NCBI GenBank assembly: GCA_046758445.1
Contig: JBHIAE010000033.1
Span: 1 to 30,810 of the forward strand
Length of the DNA stretch: 30,810 nt
Reading direction: 5' to 3'
Source: Candidatus Thorarchaeota archaeon
Lineage (GTDB): Archaea > Asgardarchaeota > Thorarchaeia > Thorarchaeales > Thorarchaeaceae
Below are positions 1-9,033 of the stretch, piece by piece. Each line of letters starts with the position of its first letter. Within the stretch, counting starts at the first letter, position 1. The position numbers and the translations under genes were made by a program. The notes under the pieces were generated by a model, which worked only from the letters and a program-made list of their open reading frames with translations, did no database searches and was not told the origin of the DNA.

Positions 1-96
1 AGGGAGAATTGGTGTTAAGCCTAAGAATAACGCCGCTAGACACACTGAAACAGCCAAGCTAGTTCTGAATCTTCTGATGAGGATAGCACGATGCAA
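1..96 (-). CDS. 5' end of a probable secreted or membrane protein, running off the left edge of the window
   Basis: Not in the ORF track. The minus strand from TTG at 96 reads MHRAILIRRFRTSLAVSVCLAALFLGLTPILP with no stop before position 1. This is a basic n-region plus hydrophobic h-region, with GGAGGA just upstream of the TTG. Confidence 0.5.
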   Translation of the reverse strand, partial: MHRAILIRRFRTSLAVSVCLAALFLGLTPILP

Positions 97-450
97 ATTG
101 TGTCCTCCATGCTTACTGTCACGGCCACTGATTCTGTCCCAGATCACACCTGGCATGCAACAGGGTCGGAAGGGCAAAGCATGCCCTGCACTTAGGGTTC
201 TCATGAGAGAGTCCCTGAGGACTCAGTCGCGAGTACGAGGCCCCCACGTGCCCAGGTCCTTTCTTCCTAGTGGCAACATTGCTACAGACGTCTGATTTCT
301 TATATCGCTATTTTGTCTGGACTTGGAGGAAGAAGGCGTTGACGAATCACAGGGAAGTCGGTTCACCAGATGAGGACAGATCGGCTGAAGAATTCTTGAG
401 TACTCGACCGTGCTAGCGATCTTGTAGAGCGGTACTTCGCACCCAGGTGG

Positions 451-1209
451 CTACATGTCCTTCCAGTCCTTATGCTTCCTGAGAATCTTGAACAGCTTCT
501 GGAACTTCTCAGGAGAGAGATTGGCTAGCTCCTCAAGGTCCACTTCACTCATTGCTTCCAGTCGCTTGTACCGAAATGCCTCTCTAATGTAGACGGGAAG
601 GGCACGAATCAGTTCTTTCTTAGTGGTGGGCCTCGGGACCTCCTTTAGTGCCCCGGGTATTGTCTTCGATGAATCATCTATCACAATTCTGTCTGTTCCT
701 GCCCTCGCTGACATTGAAGCAATTAGCTCCTCAAGCTGCTCCGGTGTAAGCCCTGACAGGTCCTCAAGGTCCTCGACACTAAGCTGCCTGAGCTCTTCTT
801 CAAAGAAGTGATCTCTTACGTGAGTCGGAAGCGCCTGAATCCAATCCTCCTTGGTGATGGGAACACTTCTTGTAAGGGACTCCTCAATTTCATCCAGCTT
901 CTTGAAAGCTTCGGACATCATAGTACTGAGCCCTTCTCCTGGTGCTCCCTCAGCATCCGCAGTTTCATTAGTTTCACTGAGTTTGGACTCAGAGATTGCC
1001 TGTTCCACCTCCTTGACAAAATCCTCCATGGCCGCCTCGTCTGCAGGGTCCTTTGAACGCTCACGACCAGTTCCTTCGACCTCCTCGCCTGAATCTTCAG
1101 GGGCACCCTCTTCAGGCTCTACCAACTTGTGGAAACACCTTCTTGCTAGCTGCTGTGCTCTTAGGATTGTTCGGATAATATATCGGTATTCTGTTTGGAC
1201 TTTGTGCAA
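451..1209 (-). CDS. Hypothetical acidic protein with two copies of a ~47-aa helical repeat
   Basis: 252-aa ORF with an E/D-rich low-complexity N-half and an internal repeat (PITKEDWIQALPTHVR... / PTTKKELIRALPVYIR...). The true start may be the TTG near 1125, which follows an AGGTG. Confidence 0.7.
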   Translation of the reverse strand: MHKVQTEYRYIIRTILRAQQLARRCFHKLVEPEEGAPEDSGEEVEGTGRERSKDPADEAAMEDFVKEVEQAISESKLSETNETADAEGAPGEGLSTMMSEAFKKLDEIEESLTRSVPITKEDWIQALPTHVRDHFFEEELRQLSVEDLEDLSGLTPEQLEELIASMSARAGTDRIVIDDSSKTIPGALKEVPRPTTKKELIRALPVYIREAFRYKRLEAMSEVDLEELANLSPEKFQKLFKILRKHKDWKDM

Positions 1210-1355
1210 TAGTGAATCCTTCAGCCAGCCTGAGCCTACCCGGCACAGATAGTACGCTTCTTCATTCGGGGAAACGTTAATAACCGCTGTACATTCCGTG
1301 GCTCAACGCGCAGAGCAGATATGCTACGCGACATCTTGGCGATTCGGGATGTCAT

Positions 1356-2552
1356 ATGAAACACGGCAAAGTCGCAGCAATGGCGTTCATGTTGGCACTC
1401 GTTCTTTTGAGTGCTGTTGCGGTACCGATAACAGCCAATCCGGCGAGTCGCCGGGAATCACTTCGTGCATACATTGATGCCCACTATGATGCCGTTGACG
1501 GCGGGTACATCATTCCGGATTCAGAATTCTCACAGACGGAGCCAACCTTCGCTGCCACTGCCATATTATACGAATGGCAGCTGGTCGGCGTTAGGCCTCC
1601 AATTGTTGACTGGGTGAAAATGACTAACTTCACAACGAAGCTTCAGCGCGTCGACGACTCAGAGTCCAAAGAAAGATACGGCGGGTTTGCAGAATCAATC
1701 TTGGCCTCAAGCGAAGTAGGTCAAAAGGCAACCTATGACGCGGTCAACCTATACGGTATGCTTGAGCTTCAGACTGACATCCCGGGTATTGGAGACAGCA
1801 CCATAAACAAGACGGCAGTCCTTGTCTGGATAAATGAAACTCAGTCAGTATCAGGGGGCTTTAGCAGTGAACCGGGAATCTCTCCAGATATGATTTCTAC
1901 ATTCTACGCGCTCCACACAATGGACAAGGTTCTTCAGGACCTGCCTGGGGAAACACTGGATGATTGGCTCTTCGACAGAACAGAAACAGTCGATTGGATC
2001 ATGAGCTCCATGGAAGGCGATGCATTCAAGCTAAGTCCAACCTCTAGCATATCGGGAGTTTCGTCTACAGCTGCAGCCATGATGGCCCTGAATATCTTGG
2101 AATCACTTCCATCCTCAACAGTTCGCCAGAGTGTTCTGGACTGGATCTTGGACAGACAAATAACATCATCAGTTCCAGGCACGTTGATTGGAGGTTTTGA
2201 AGAGAGTGTCAGCACCAATGACACGAATGTCGTAAGTACCTACTGGGCTCTCGAAGCATTAGATACATTCGGAATCGTTGACCAGGTCGATGATGAGATT
2301 GCAGCCAGGTTCATCTTGGACTGCCAGGCAGTTGATGGCAGCTGGGGACTAGTGCCTGGTTTTGATAAGGGTACGCTATACTATGGATACTATGCTGTCA
2401 GATCACTAGGCCTCCTTGGTCAAGGCGACATGCTGTTGGAAGAGGATCCGAACAACCCGCCTTTGCCGCTCTTCGATTGGAGAACGATTTTGGCCGTGGT
2501 CGTCCTACTTGCGGCGGCCGCTGCGGGGTTTGCTTCAATCCGAATGGACTAG
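1356..2552 (+). CDS. Prenyltransferase/squalene oxidase repeat (alpha/alpha barrel) protein with signal peptide and C-terminal membrane anchor
   Basis: Repeats such as SGGFSSEPG..DMISTFYAL, GGFEE..TNVVSTYWALEAL and FILDCQAVDGSWG..YYAVRSLGLL. N-terminal signal peptide MKHGKVAAMAFMLALVLLSAVA and C-terminal hydrophobic helix ILAVVVLLAAAAAGF. Confidence 0.8.
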   Translation: MKHGKVAAMAFMLALVLLSAVAVPITANPASRRESLRAYIDAHYDAVDGGYIIPDSEFSQTEPTFAATAILYEWQLVGVRPPIVDWVKMTNFTTKLQRVDDSESKERYGGFAESILASSEVGQKATYDAVNLYGMLELQTDIPGIGDSTINKTAVLVWINETQSVSGGFSSEPGISPDMISTFYALHTMDKVLQDLPGETLDDWLFDRTETVDWIMSSMEGDAFKLSPTSSISGVSSTAAAMMALNILESLPSSTVRQSVLDWILDRQITSSVPGTLIGGFEESVSTNDTNVVSTYWALEALDTFGIVDQVDDEIAARFILDCQAVDGSWGLVPGFDKGTLYYGYYAVRSLGLLGQGDMLLEEDPNNPPLPLFDWRTILAVVVLLAAAAAGFASIRMD

Positions 2553-2626
2553 TGTGCTTCAATAGGTTTATCTCAAACCAGAAGGGGTATCCTGTTGGCT
2601 GCGGTTCTGGCGAATCGCGATGACAG

Positions 2627-4225
2627 GTGCTTCAAATGCCAAACCCAGAGATTGATGATGAGGACATTTCCAGATACAAGAGAGGTTTCGAGTGGTTCTC
2701 TCATCTAGTGAAAAAAGATGTATCTGGGGAGCCCTGGCGTCGATTGGGAGTGATGTCCTTCTACGATGCTCCATTCGCTGAGAGCGATCGTCTGTATCTA
2801 TCGCCCAAACAGGTGATGCTCGCCATGGCAGGCGAAGCGAAGAAGAAGGAACAGGGGCTTGTGTTTGTGGTCGATGCCCTTGAGAAGGGAGAGATGGGCC
2901 TGAGTACGGAGGCCGGATTTGACCAATTCATGGAGGAATTCACCGACGTCTTTCCTCAATCAGTGAAGTTCTATTTCGGCCCTAAAGACTCTGAACGAAC
3001 ATGGCTACACGAATACCCCTCACTTACAATGCCTTTTGAATGGCTGGTCAAGAGACCTAATGTCCTTGCCCAAGTGCTCTCAGATGCCTCGCCTGTGGGT
3101 GAGAAGATCGGACCTGGAGACGCTTCATTTGAAACGGTTGAGGGCCTCATCGAGGTACTCGTGGAGAAGCTCGGTCCTCCATCACTTACCGAGGAGGTGA
3201 TGAGCAAGCTCCGTGACGCCGAGGCAAGCGAATATGCTGGCGAAGCTGTGGGTCTAATGACGGTGTTCATTAGTCCTGCGACTGCGGTTTCGAGGGGAGT
3301 GAGATACCTGGGCAAATTCATGAGTCTTATTCGAGATCGTCGAAAGCAGGAGGTCAAAGACGTATACCAGGATTGGACCAACAGAGTCACCGAGGGATAT
3401 TCTCAGGAAAACCTCGAGAAGTTCTTCAGTCTAGACCCCGAGTATAAGTCAGAACTGATTCAAGCCGTTTCAGAGTTCGTGCCGGTTCTCTTGGTGCTCG
3501 AAACAAGAGGAACACTCTATGATCTATTCCTTCCATTAGTGCTTCAGCATTTGGTGGAGGAGATTGGCTATATCCCACCCCACAGGCGTCCCCGAAGAGA
3601 ACCGGAGCCAAGTGAGAAAGCTCCCAAAGAACGACCGGCAAAAGAAACATGGGATGACGAAACTCTCTCGTATGAGGACTTGTCAACAATAACGGAGAGC
3701 GATCTTCCCCCGGTCACAGATCAGCTGATTCAGGACGTGATTGAGAAACAGGACGTGGAGCTAAGGACTGACATTGACATGTCTGAGGAGGAGTTTGAGG
3801 GGAAGCCAGAAACAATTCTATTCCTTGACGCCGCGACTCATCTCTCCAAGTTCAGAAGGTCTTTCAAGTTCGCCTTGAACCTCCCAGAGAAGTATCCCAA
3901 TATGTCAGTCGCATCCTCATTCTTCACAGACCGTGAGAAGATCAGCAAGGCCTTGGAGGAGGGTGTTCTGGACTACATGAAAGAGAGAGCTTTGGTCTTT
4001 GACCTTCATCCACATTTGTTTGATCTTGCCACAGCCAAGATGCCTGTATCAAGAAAGGCCTGGCTGCTTGAGAAACTACAGGAAATGGAACGTCTCCGCT
4101 CTGAGGGAGGTGTTGCATTCCTAGAGTATGACAGCAGCAAAGACGAAACGTGGAAACTGCATGTAGTTCGGAAACCGGAACCCGCGGCGATAGCAAAGCT
4201 GAGAAGCTGGTTCCGACGAGGCTGA
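2627..4225 (+). CDS. Hypothetical protein (532 aa)
   Basis: Long ORF with globular composition and a central Pro/charged linker. No intact catalytic motif recognised. The start could be the ATG at 2636. Confidence 0.8.
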   Translation: MLQMPNPEIDDEDISRYKRGFEWFSHLVKKDVSGEPWRRLGVMSFYDAPFAESDRLYLSPKQVMLAMAGEAKKKEQGLVFVVDALEKGEMGLSTEAGFDQFMEEFTDVFPQSVKFYFGPKDSERTWLHEYPSLTMPFEWLVKRPNVLAQVLSDASPVGEKIGPGDASFETVEGLIEVLVEKLGPPSLTEEVMSKLRDAEASEYAGEAVGLMTVFISPATAVSRGVRYLGKFMSLIRDRRKQEVKDVYQDWTNRVTEGYSQENLEKFFSLDPEYKSELIQAVSEFVPVLLVLETRGTLYDLFLPLVLQHLVEEIGYIPPHRRPRREPEPSEKAPKERPAKETWDDETLSYEDLSTITESDLPPVTDQLIQDVIEKQDVELRTDIDMSEEEFEGKPETILFLDAATHLSKFRRSFKFALNLPEKYPNMSVASSFFTDREKISKALEEGVLDYMKERALVFDLHPHLFDLATAKMPVSRKAWLLEKLQEMERLRSEGGVAFLEYDSSKDETWKLHVVRKPEPAAIAKLRSWFRRG

Positions 4226-4291
4226 AAACTGCTGCTTCCCGCAAGAGATAAATTCAGAGCACTTCATTCTGCTCAAGTACCCTTTTGGAGG

Positions 4292-4717
4292 GTGATGCAT
4301 TTGAAAGAAGCCGACATGACAAAAGCGAGGGTCCTTGAAATAAAGGAAGGCAAAGCAATAACGCTCCCCGGAGAATTCGTTGAGGGAATCAAACAGCAAT
4401 TTGGTCTCGCGATTCTTGTGATGAAGGACAATAATGTGAAGCTCTATCCTGTGGACGACAAGGAAGTGATGTATCTGAAGCTCGAGATTGAGAAGCTCAG
4501 TAAGAGCTTTCTTGAGGAGCTCACAACCATCTTCATGAAAGCGGGACTTGATGACATTCTCTTCACAAGCGGGATTTGTCAAGCTGCTGATCAGTGCTAC
4601 TATGAATGCTACTTCACTCCGAAACAGCTGAACTTGTCTGTCAAGGAGCTAGATTCCCATCTGAATGGAATCGTGGGTGTTCAGAAAGTCGTGCTTCATC
4701 AGGTGCCTATAGGCTAA
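4292..4717 (+). CDS. Small protein, probable AbrB-like N-terminal domain plus ACT-like C-terminal domain (putative ligand-responsive regulator)
   Basis: EIKEGKAITLPGEF resembles the AbrB/SpoVT 'GrItiP' pattern. The C-terminal half has a beta-alpha-beta-beta-alpha-beta pattern ending LNGIVGVQKV, typical of ACT domains. Confidence 0.55.
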   Translation: MMHLKEADMTKARVLEIKEGKAITLPGEFVEGIKQQFGLAILVMKDNNVKLYPVDDKEVMYLKLEIEKLSKSFLEELTTIFMKAGLDDILFTSGICQAADQCYYECYFTPKQLNLSVKELDSHLNGIVGVQKVVLHQVPIG

Positions 4718-4828
4718 GGGCCATCTTTGCTCAACGCCACATGGGCCGATTTACTCTCATGCGGCTTGCCGGTTTCTTCAGTCGCATTTGTCTATTGTAT
4801 GCAACAAACGATGGGTGTGTCAACCATC

Positions 4829-6328
4829 ATGCTAGGTCTGGCCGGCGTATTGGCGAACAGGCATCCTGATGACATACACTTACTAGTTGATAGGATGGCG
4901 GGTCTTCTTAGTCATAGGGGAAACGGAACGATTCTCAGTTCAGTCTTTGACAATGGGCAAAGTGCAGTGATCTCATGTCATTCCATAGCTAATGACAACT
5001 ATGTGGCTGACACAGGAATCCAAGGGCTCCTTATTGTAGATGGATTGGCGCCCCAATCAAAGGGCATCAATAGTCTGGATGAAATCATGAATCCAGCACT
5101 CACTCTCCCTCCAGAGGAAGTTACCGTGATGGCGCAGTCCCTTGGCCTTTCAGAGTGTTTCGCCTTGAGCGTCACGGATGAGGGGCTAAGTGCAATAAGA
5201 CTCCCATTCTCTATGATTCCCCTCTACTTCTGTATGCGTGACGGACTTCTCACGTTTGCCTCAGAGAGGAAGTGTCTTTGGACTCTGGAAAGCCCCAAGG
5301 TTCAAGCTCTTCAACCAGGAGAGATGCTCTTTGTCAGTAGGGATTCTCGACTGCAACGGACTGCAAGAGCACTTAGGGCTCAACCCACTGTTGACGAGAG
5401 CCTATCGAAACAGTCTTTGATCAAGGAACTAGCACTTCGACTGATGGCCAGGTTTGAGAGCATTCGAGGTCGAGAGATAGGAGTGTTGTTCTCTGGCGGG
5501 GTCGATAGTTCCCTTGCAGCCCTGCTTGCCAATGATATCTGTAACAGGGTGACACTGTACACATCGCGCTCAGAAGACTCCCACGACAGAAGAGTTGCGT
5601 ACAAGTCTGCCAAAGCCATTGGATTGAATCTAGTTGAGGTTGAGATTGACCCTGACGTGGTATGGGAAGTGCTACCAAGTGTCATTTGGGCAACTGAAAG
5701 CTCCAAGCTAATGGATGTTGAGATTGCACTGCCGTTCTTTCTAGCGGCTCGAAGGGCGTCAGATGACGGACTGACATTGATGGTGTCGGGACAAGGTCCC
5801 GATGAGCTCTTTGCTGGCTACTCACGTCACCTTCGTATCTACCAAGAGGAGGGCCCTATCCCACTTGCTCTTAATCTGTGGGACGAAATGTCGATGACCC
5901 ATGAAGTGAACATTGAGAGAGACGAACGGGCAATAGCATTTCACGGGGTGCAAGCATTCTTCCCCTATCTGGAGAGCCGATTCGTCCGCCTAGCACTTGC
6001 AGTACCAGTCGAATGGAAGATTTGTCCTGGAGAAACTCCATCTCGAAAGATTGTGTTCCGAGAATTGGCTAGACATCTCGGTCTGCCTGAAACCATTGCG
6101 ACGATTCCAAAGAGAGCGACTCAATACAGCTCAGGATCCAGTAGAGCGCTTCAAGAAGCGGTTTCTAGACAGGTCAAAAAAGCCTCAGACCTCGGGAAGA
6201 AGAAGCTTGTAGCTCTTACGCAAGCAGTGCTTAACCTGCTTTCTCATGACATGGGATTTCCTGTTGAGAAACCGTCTGAGAACATTGAATTCAGAACAGA
6301 ACCGACTCTTCCTAGTCTGAGAGAGTAG
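4829..6328 (+). CDS. Asparagine synthase (AsnB) family protein with degenerate glutaminase domain
   Basis: PP-loop LFSGGVDSS, SGQGPDELFAGY, ERDER..FFPYL, K.VFRELA..LGLP..IA..PKRATQYSSG. The likely start is ATG 4829 (MLGLAG, aligning with MCGIAG) rather than 4727. Confidence 0.85.
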   Translation: MLGLAGVLANRHPDDIHLLVDRMAGLLSHRGNGTILSSVFDNGQSAVISCHSIANDNYVADTGIQGLLIVDGLAPQSKGINSLDEIMNPALTLPPEEVTVMAQSLGLSECFALSVTDEGLSAIRLPFSMIPLYFCMRDGLLTFASERKCLWTLESPKVQALQPGEMLFVSRDSRLQRTARALRAQPTVDESLSKQSLIKELALRLMARFESIRGREIGVLFSGGVDSSLAALLANDICNRVTLYTSRSEDSHDRRVAYKSAKAIGLNLVEVEIDPDVVWEVLPSVIWATESSKLMDVEIALPFFLAARRASDDGLTLMVSGQGPDELFAGYSRHLRIYQEEGPIPLALNLWDEMSMTHEVNIERDERAIAFHGVQAFFPYLESRFVRLALAVPVEWKICPGETPSRKIVFRELARHLGLPETIATIPKRATQYSSGSSRALQEAVSRQVKKASDLGKKKLVALTQAVLNLLSHDMGFPVEKPSENIEFRTEPTLPSLRE

Positions 6329-6333
6329 TTCAT

Positions 6334-6549
6334 CTAGCCTCCGGCGATGAGTGGCAGTACAACAACAACGGCATTCTCTTCTATTGTTGTGTCGAGAAAC
6401 ATCTTCTTGCCGTCCATCAATACAACATGGTCGAGGGATAGATTCAGTTCCTGCAACAACTCTCTCACTGTCATGCTCTCAGAAACTGTGATGTGTTTTG
6501 CCTTTGTGCCGACTGTTGACAAGGTACTCACTGTGGTGGTACTCGACAC
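6334..6549 (-). CDS. MoaD/ThiS family ubiquitin-like sulfur carrier (SAMP-like)
   Basis: 71 aa with a beta-grasp pattern (TVRELLQELNL..HVVLMDG..VVVVLPLIAGG) and a C-terminal di-glycine. Confidence 0.9.
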   Translation of the reverse strand: MSSTTTVSTLSTVGTKAKHITVSESMTVRELLQELNLSLDHVVLMDGKKMFLDTTIEENAVVVVLPLIAGG

Positions 6550-6813
6550 CTTGACTTATAGCCTTAATTCAGCCAGCACTGGAATCGGTGTTGTCAACAC
6601 TCTTCGACATTGCGCTAGGCATAAATAGTACTTCTCTGGTCCGAATCTCGTCGGCATCATCCTAAGTCGTTGTAGGACATTCGGTAAAAGTCGTTACCAC
6701 CGGAGTTACTCGCAACAACCTTCATAAGAGGTTCAAGCAGACAGAACTAAATCGCACACGAAATGACGTAAAACAATTCGACAATTAACGATTTGAGAAA
6801 GGAGAGAGCGCAC

Positions 6814-7854
6814 ATGGTAGGCATTGTAGGTTATGGAGTCTACGTACCACGCTATCGGATAAAGACAGAGGACATCGCAACAGTATGGGGTGCTAGCCCC
6901 AAGATTGGTAAGGCTCTGGGGGTATTCGAGAAGTCGGTTGCAGGTCCCGATGAGGATGTAGCGACAATCTCAGTCGAGGCCGCACGAAATGCAGTCAAAC
7001 ACGGTGGGATTGACCCCACCAAGATCGGAGCTGTCTATGTCGGATCGGAATCACATCCATATGCAGTGAAGCCAACAGGAACTATTGTTGCTGAGGCAAT
7101 TGGATGCACTGCAGATATGACATGTGCAGACTTCGAATTCGCCTGCAAGGCGGGAACGGCAGCCATTCAGACTTGCATGGGTCTTGTAAAATCAGGAATG
7201 ATTGAGGTTGGCCTTGCCATAGGCTCTGACACGGCCCAAGGTCGCCCGGGAGACGCACTGGAGTACTCAGCATCCTCAGGAGGTGTAGCTTTCCTGATTG
7301 GCGACAAGAAGCCTGTTGCCACAATTGAAGATACGACATCATACACTACTGATACTCCTGACTTCTGGCGACGTGAAGGTGAAGACTTCCCGAGCCACGG
7401 TGCCAGATTCACTGGCGAGCCGGCCTATTTCCGTCACGTAGGAGAAGGCGCCAAATCCATGTTCAAGAAGACTGACACCACGGTTGATGATTACGACTAT
7501 TTTGTCTTTCACATGCCGAATGGAAAGTTTCCCATCAGTATGGGCAGGCAGCTTGGAGTACCCCCTGAGAAGCTGGAAGATGGCTTGGTTGTAAGAAAGA
7601 TTGGCAATACCTATTCGGCCTCAGCAATGATGGGACTGGCTAGAATTCTGGACATTGCTGATCCTGGCTCAAAGATATTCTGTGTTTCGTACGGTTCAGG
7701 TGCCGGGAGCGATGCTTTCGTCATCAAGGTCGAGAAGGAGATTGAGAAGCATCGCGGAGAAGTACCAACAGTAGATGACTATATTGAACGTCGTACCTAT
7801 GTAAACTACTCAGTCTATGCGAAGTACAGACGGAAGATCGTGGCACTTGCATGA
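6814..7854 (+). CDS. Hydroxymethylglutaryl-CoA synthase, archaeal type
   Basis: MVGIVGYGVYVPRYRI, GSESHPYAVKP, catalytic EFACKAGT, FH.PNGKFP, IGNTYS, SYGSGAGSD. ATG 6814 follows AGGAG. Confidence 0.96.
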   Translation: MVGIVGYGVYVPRYRIKTEDIATVWGASPKIGKALGVFEKSVAGPDEDVATISVEAARNAVKHGGIDPTKIGAVYVGSESHPYAVKPTGTIVAEAIGCTADMTCADFEFACKAGTAAIQTCMGLVKSGMIEVGLAIGSDTAQGRPGDALEYSASSGGVAFLIGDKKPVATIEDTTSYTTDTPDFWRREGEDFPSHGARFTGEPAYFRHVGEGAKSMFKKTDTTVDDYDYFVFHMPNGKFPISMGRQLGVPPEKLEDGLVVRKIGNTYSASAMMGLARILDIADPGSKIFCVSYGSGAGSDAFVIKVEKEIEKHRGEVPTVDDYIERRTYVNYSVYAKYRRKIVALA

Positions 7855-7866
7855 GGGAGTGATCAA

Positions 7867-9027
7867 ATGGATAGAAAAGTTGCAGTCGCTGGAGTCGGCA
7901 TAAGCAAGTTTGGCGAACTATGGGACCAGAGTATACGCGACATAACGCTTGATGCAGGGATGGTGTGCATCTTTGACGCCGGTGTGAGAGGTGCAGATAT
8001 TGATGCCATCTGCATTGGGAATATGAGTGCTGGGAGGTTTACCGGCCAAGAACATCTTGGAGCAATGGCTGCGGACATGGGCGGGCTTGGCAACGTCCCC
8101 GCATATAGTGTCGAAGCTGCGTGCGCCAGTGGAGGCGCTGCAGTGCGACAAGCCTACATGGCAATCCGGTCGGGTGAGCACGATATCATGATGGTACTTG
8201 GGATGGAGAAGATGAGTGACGTGACGCAGACCGACGCAATGAACACAATGAGCGTGGCTTCTGACTGGGAATGGGAAGGCATGTTTGGTGCCACATTTCC
8301 TGCACTCTATGCATTCATGGCTCGACGTCATATGATGGAATATGGCACGACTGAAGAGCACCTGAGTCTTGTGACAGTGAAGAATCACGCCAACGCAGCA
8401 CACAATCCATACGCACAGTTTCAGCGGCCGGTACCTCTAGAAGTCGTCATGAAATCAGGTTTCATTGCGGACCCGCTCCGGGTACTGCATTCTTCACCCG
8501 TAAGTGACGGCGCAGCCGGTCTAATAATGTGTTCCGAAGAGAAAGCCAAGGAGTTGACAGATACTCCTGTATACGTACATGCTTCAACACAGGCCAGTGA
8601 TACGCTGGCTCTTCATGACAGAGAGAGTATCACCAGAATGGACTCAGTTATTCTGTCTTCTAGAGAGGCACTGAAGAGAGCTGGTTTGAAGATCACTGAC
8701 ATTGATGTATTGGAGTTGCACGATAGCTTCACCATAAGTGAAATCATGCAAGTCGAAGACGTGGGCATTGTCAAGAAGGGTGAAGGTGGAAAGGCTCAGG
8801 AGGAAGGCCTGACTGAAATCGGTGGCAAATTCCCAGTGAACACCTCGGGAGGTCTCAAGGCTCGAGGACATCCAATCGGTGCGACCGGTGTTGCGCAGAT
8901 TGTTGAACTGGTGCACCAGTTGCGTGGTGACGCGGAGGGTCGACAGGTCGACGGTGCCGAAAAGGCGATGGCAGTGAACATCGGAGGGACGGGTGCCACG
9001 TCCATTGTCCATGTTCTCGGAAGGTGA
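7867..9027 (+). CDS. Acetyl-CoA acetyltransferase (thiolase), archaeal type
   Basis: VEAACASGG (catalytic Cys), KNHANA..NP.AQF, ELHDSF, NTSGGLKARGHPIGATG. Lies in an operon with HMG-CoA synthase. Confidence 0.96.
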   Translation: MDRKVAVAGVGISKFGELWDQSIRDITLDAGMVCIFDAGVRGADIDAICIGNMSAGRFTGQEHLGAMAADMGGLGNVPAYSVEAACASGGAAVRQAYMAIRSGEHDIMMVLGMEKMSDVTQTDAMNTMSVASDWEWEGMFGATFPALYAFMARRHMMEYGTTEEHLSLVTVKNHANAAHNPYAQFQRPVPLEVVMKSGFIADPLRVLHSSPVSDGAAGLIMCSEEKAKELTDTPVYVHASTQASDTLALHDRESITRMDSVILSSREALKRAGLKITDIDVLELHDSFTISEIMQVEDVGIVKKGEGGKAQEEGLTEIGGKFPVNTSGGLKARGHPIGATGVAQIVELVHQLRGDAEGRQVDGAEKAMAVNIGGTGATSIVHVLGR

Positions 9028-9033
9028 TCAAGG

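Noticed and set aside
115-176. Cobalamin riboswitch-like words (ACTGT, GCCACTG, GGAAGG) on the plus strand
   Set aside because: Other conserved elements are missing and there is no plus-strand gene directly downstream, so it is probably chance.
77-295. 72-aa plus-strand ORF
   Set aside because: Atypical composition. It overlaps the more plausible minus-strand signal-peptide start and its leader.
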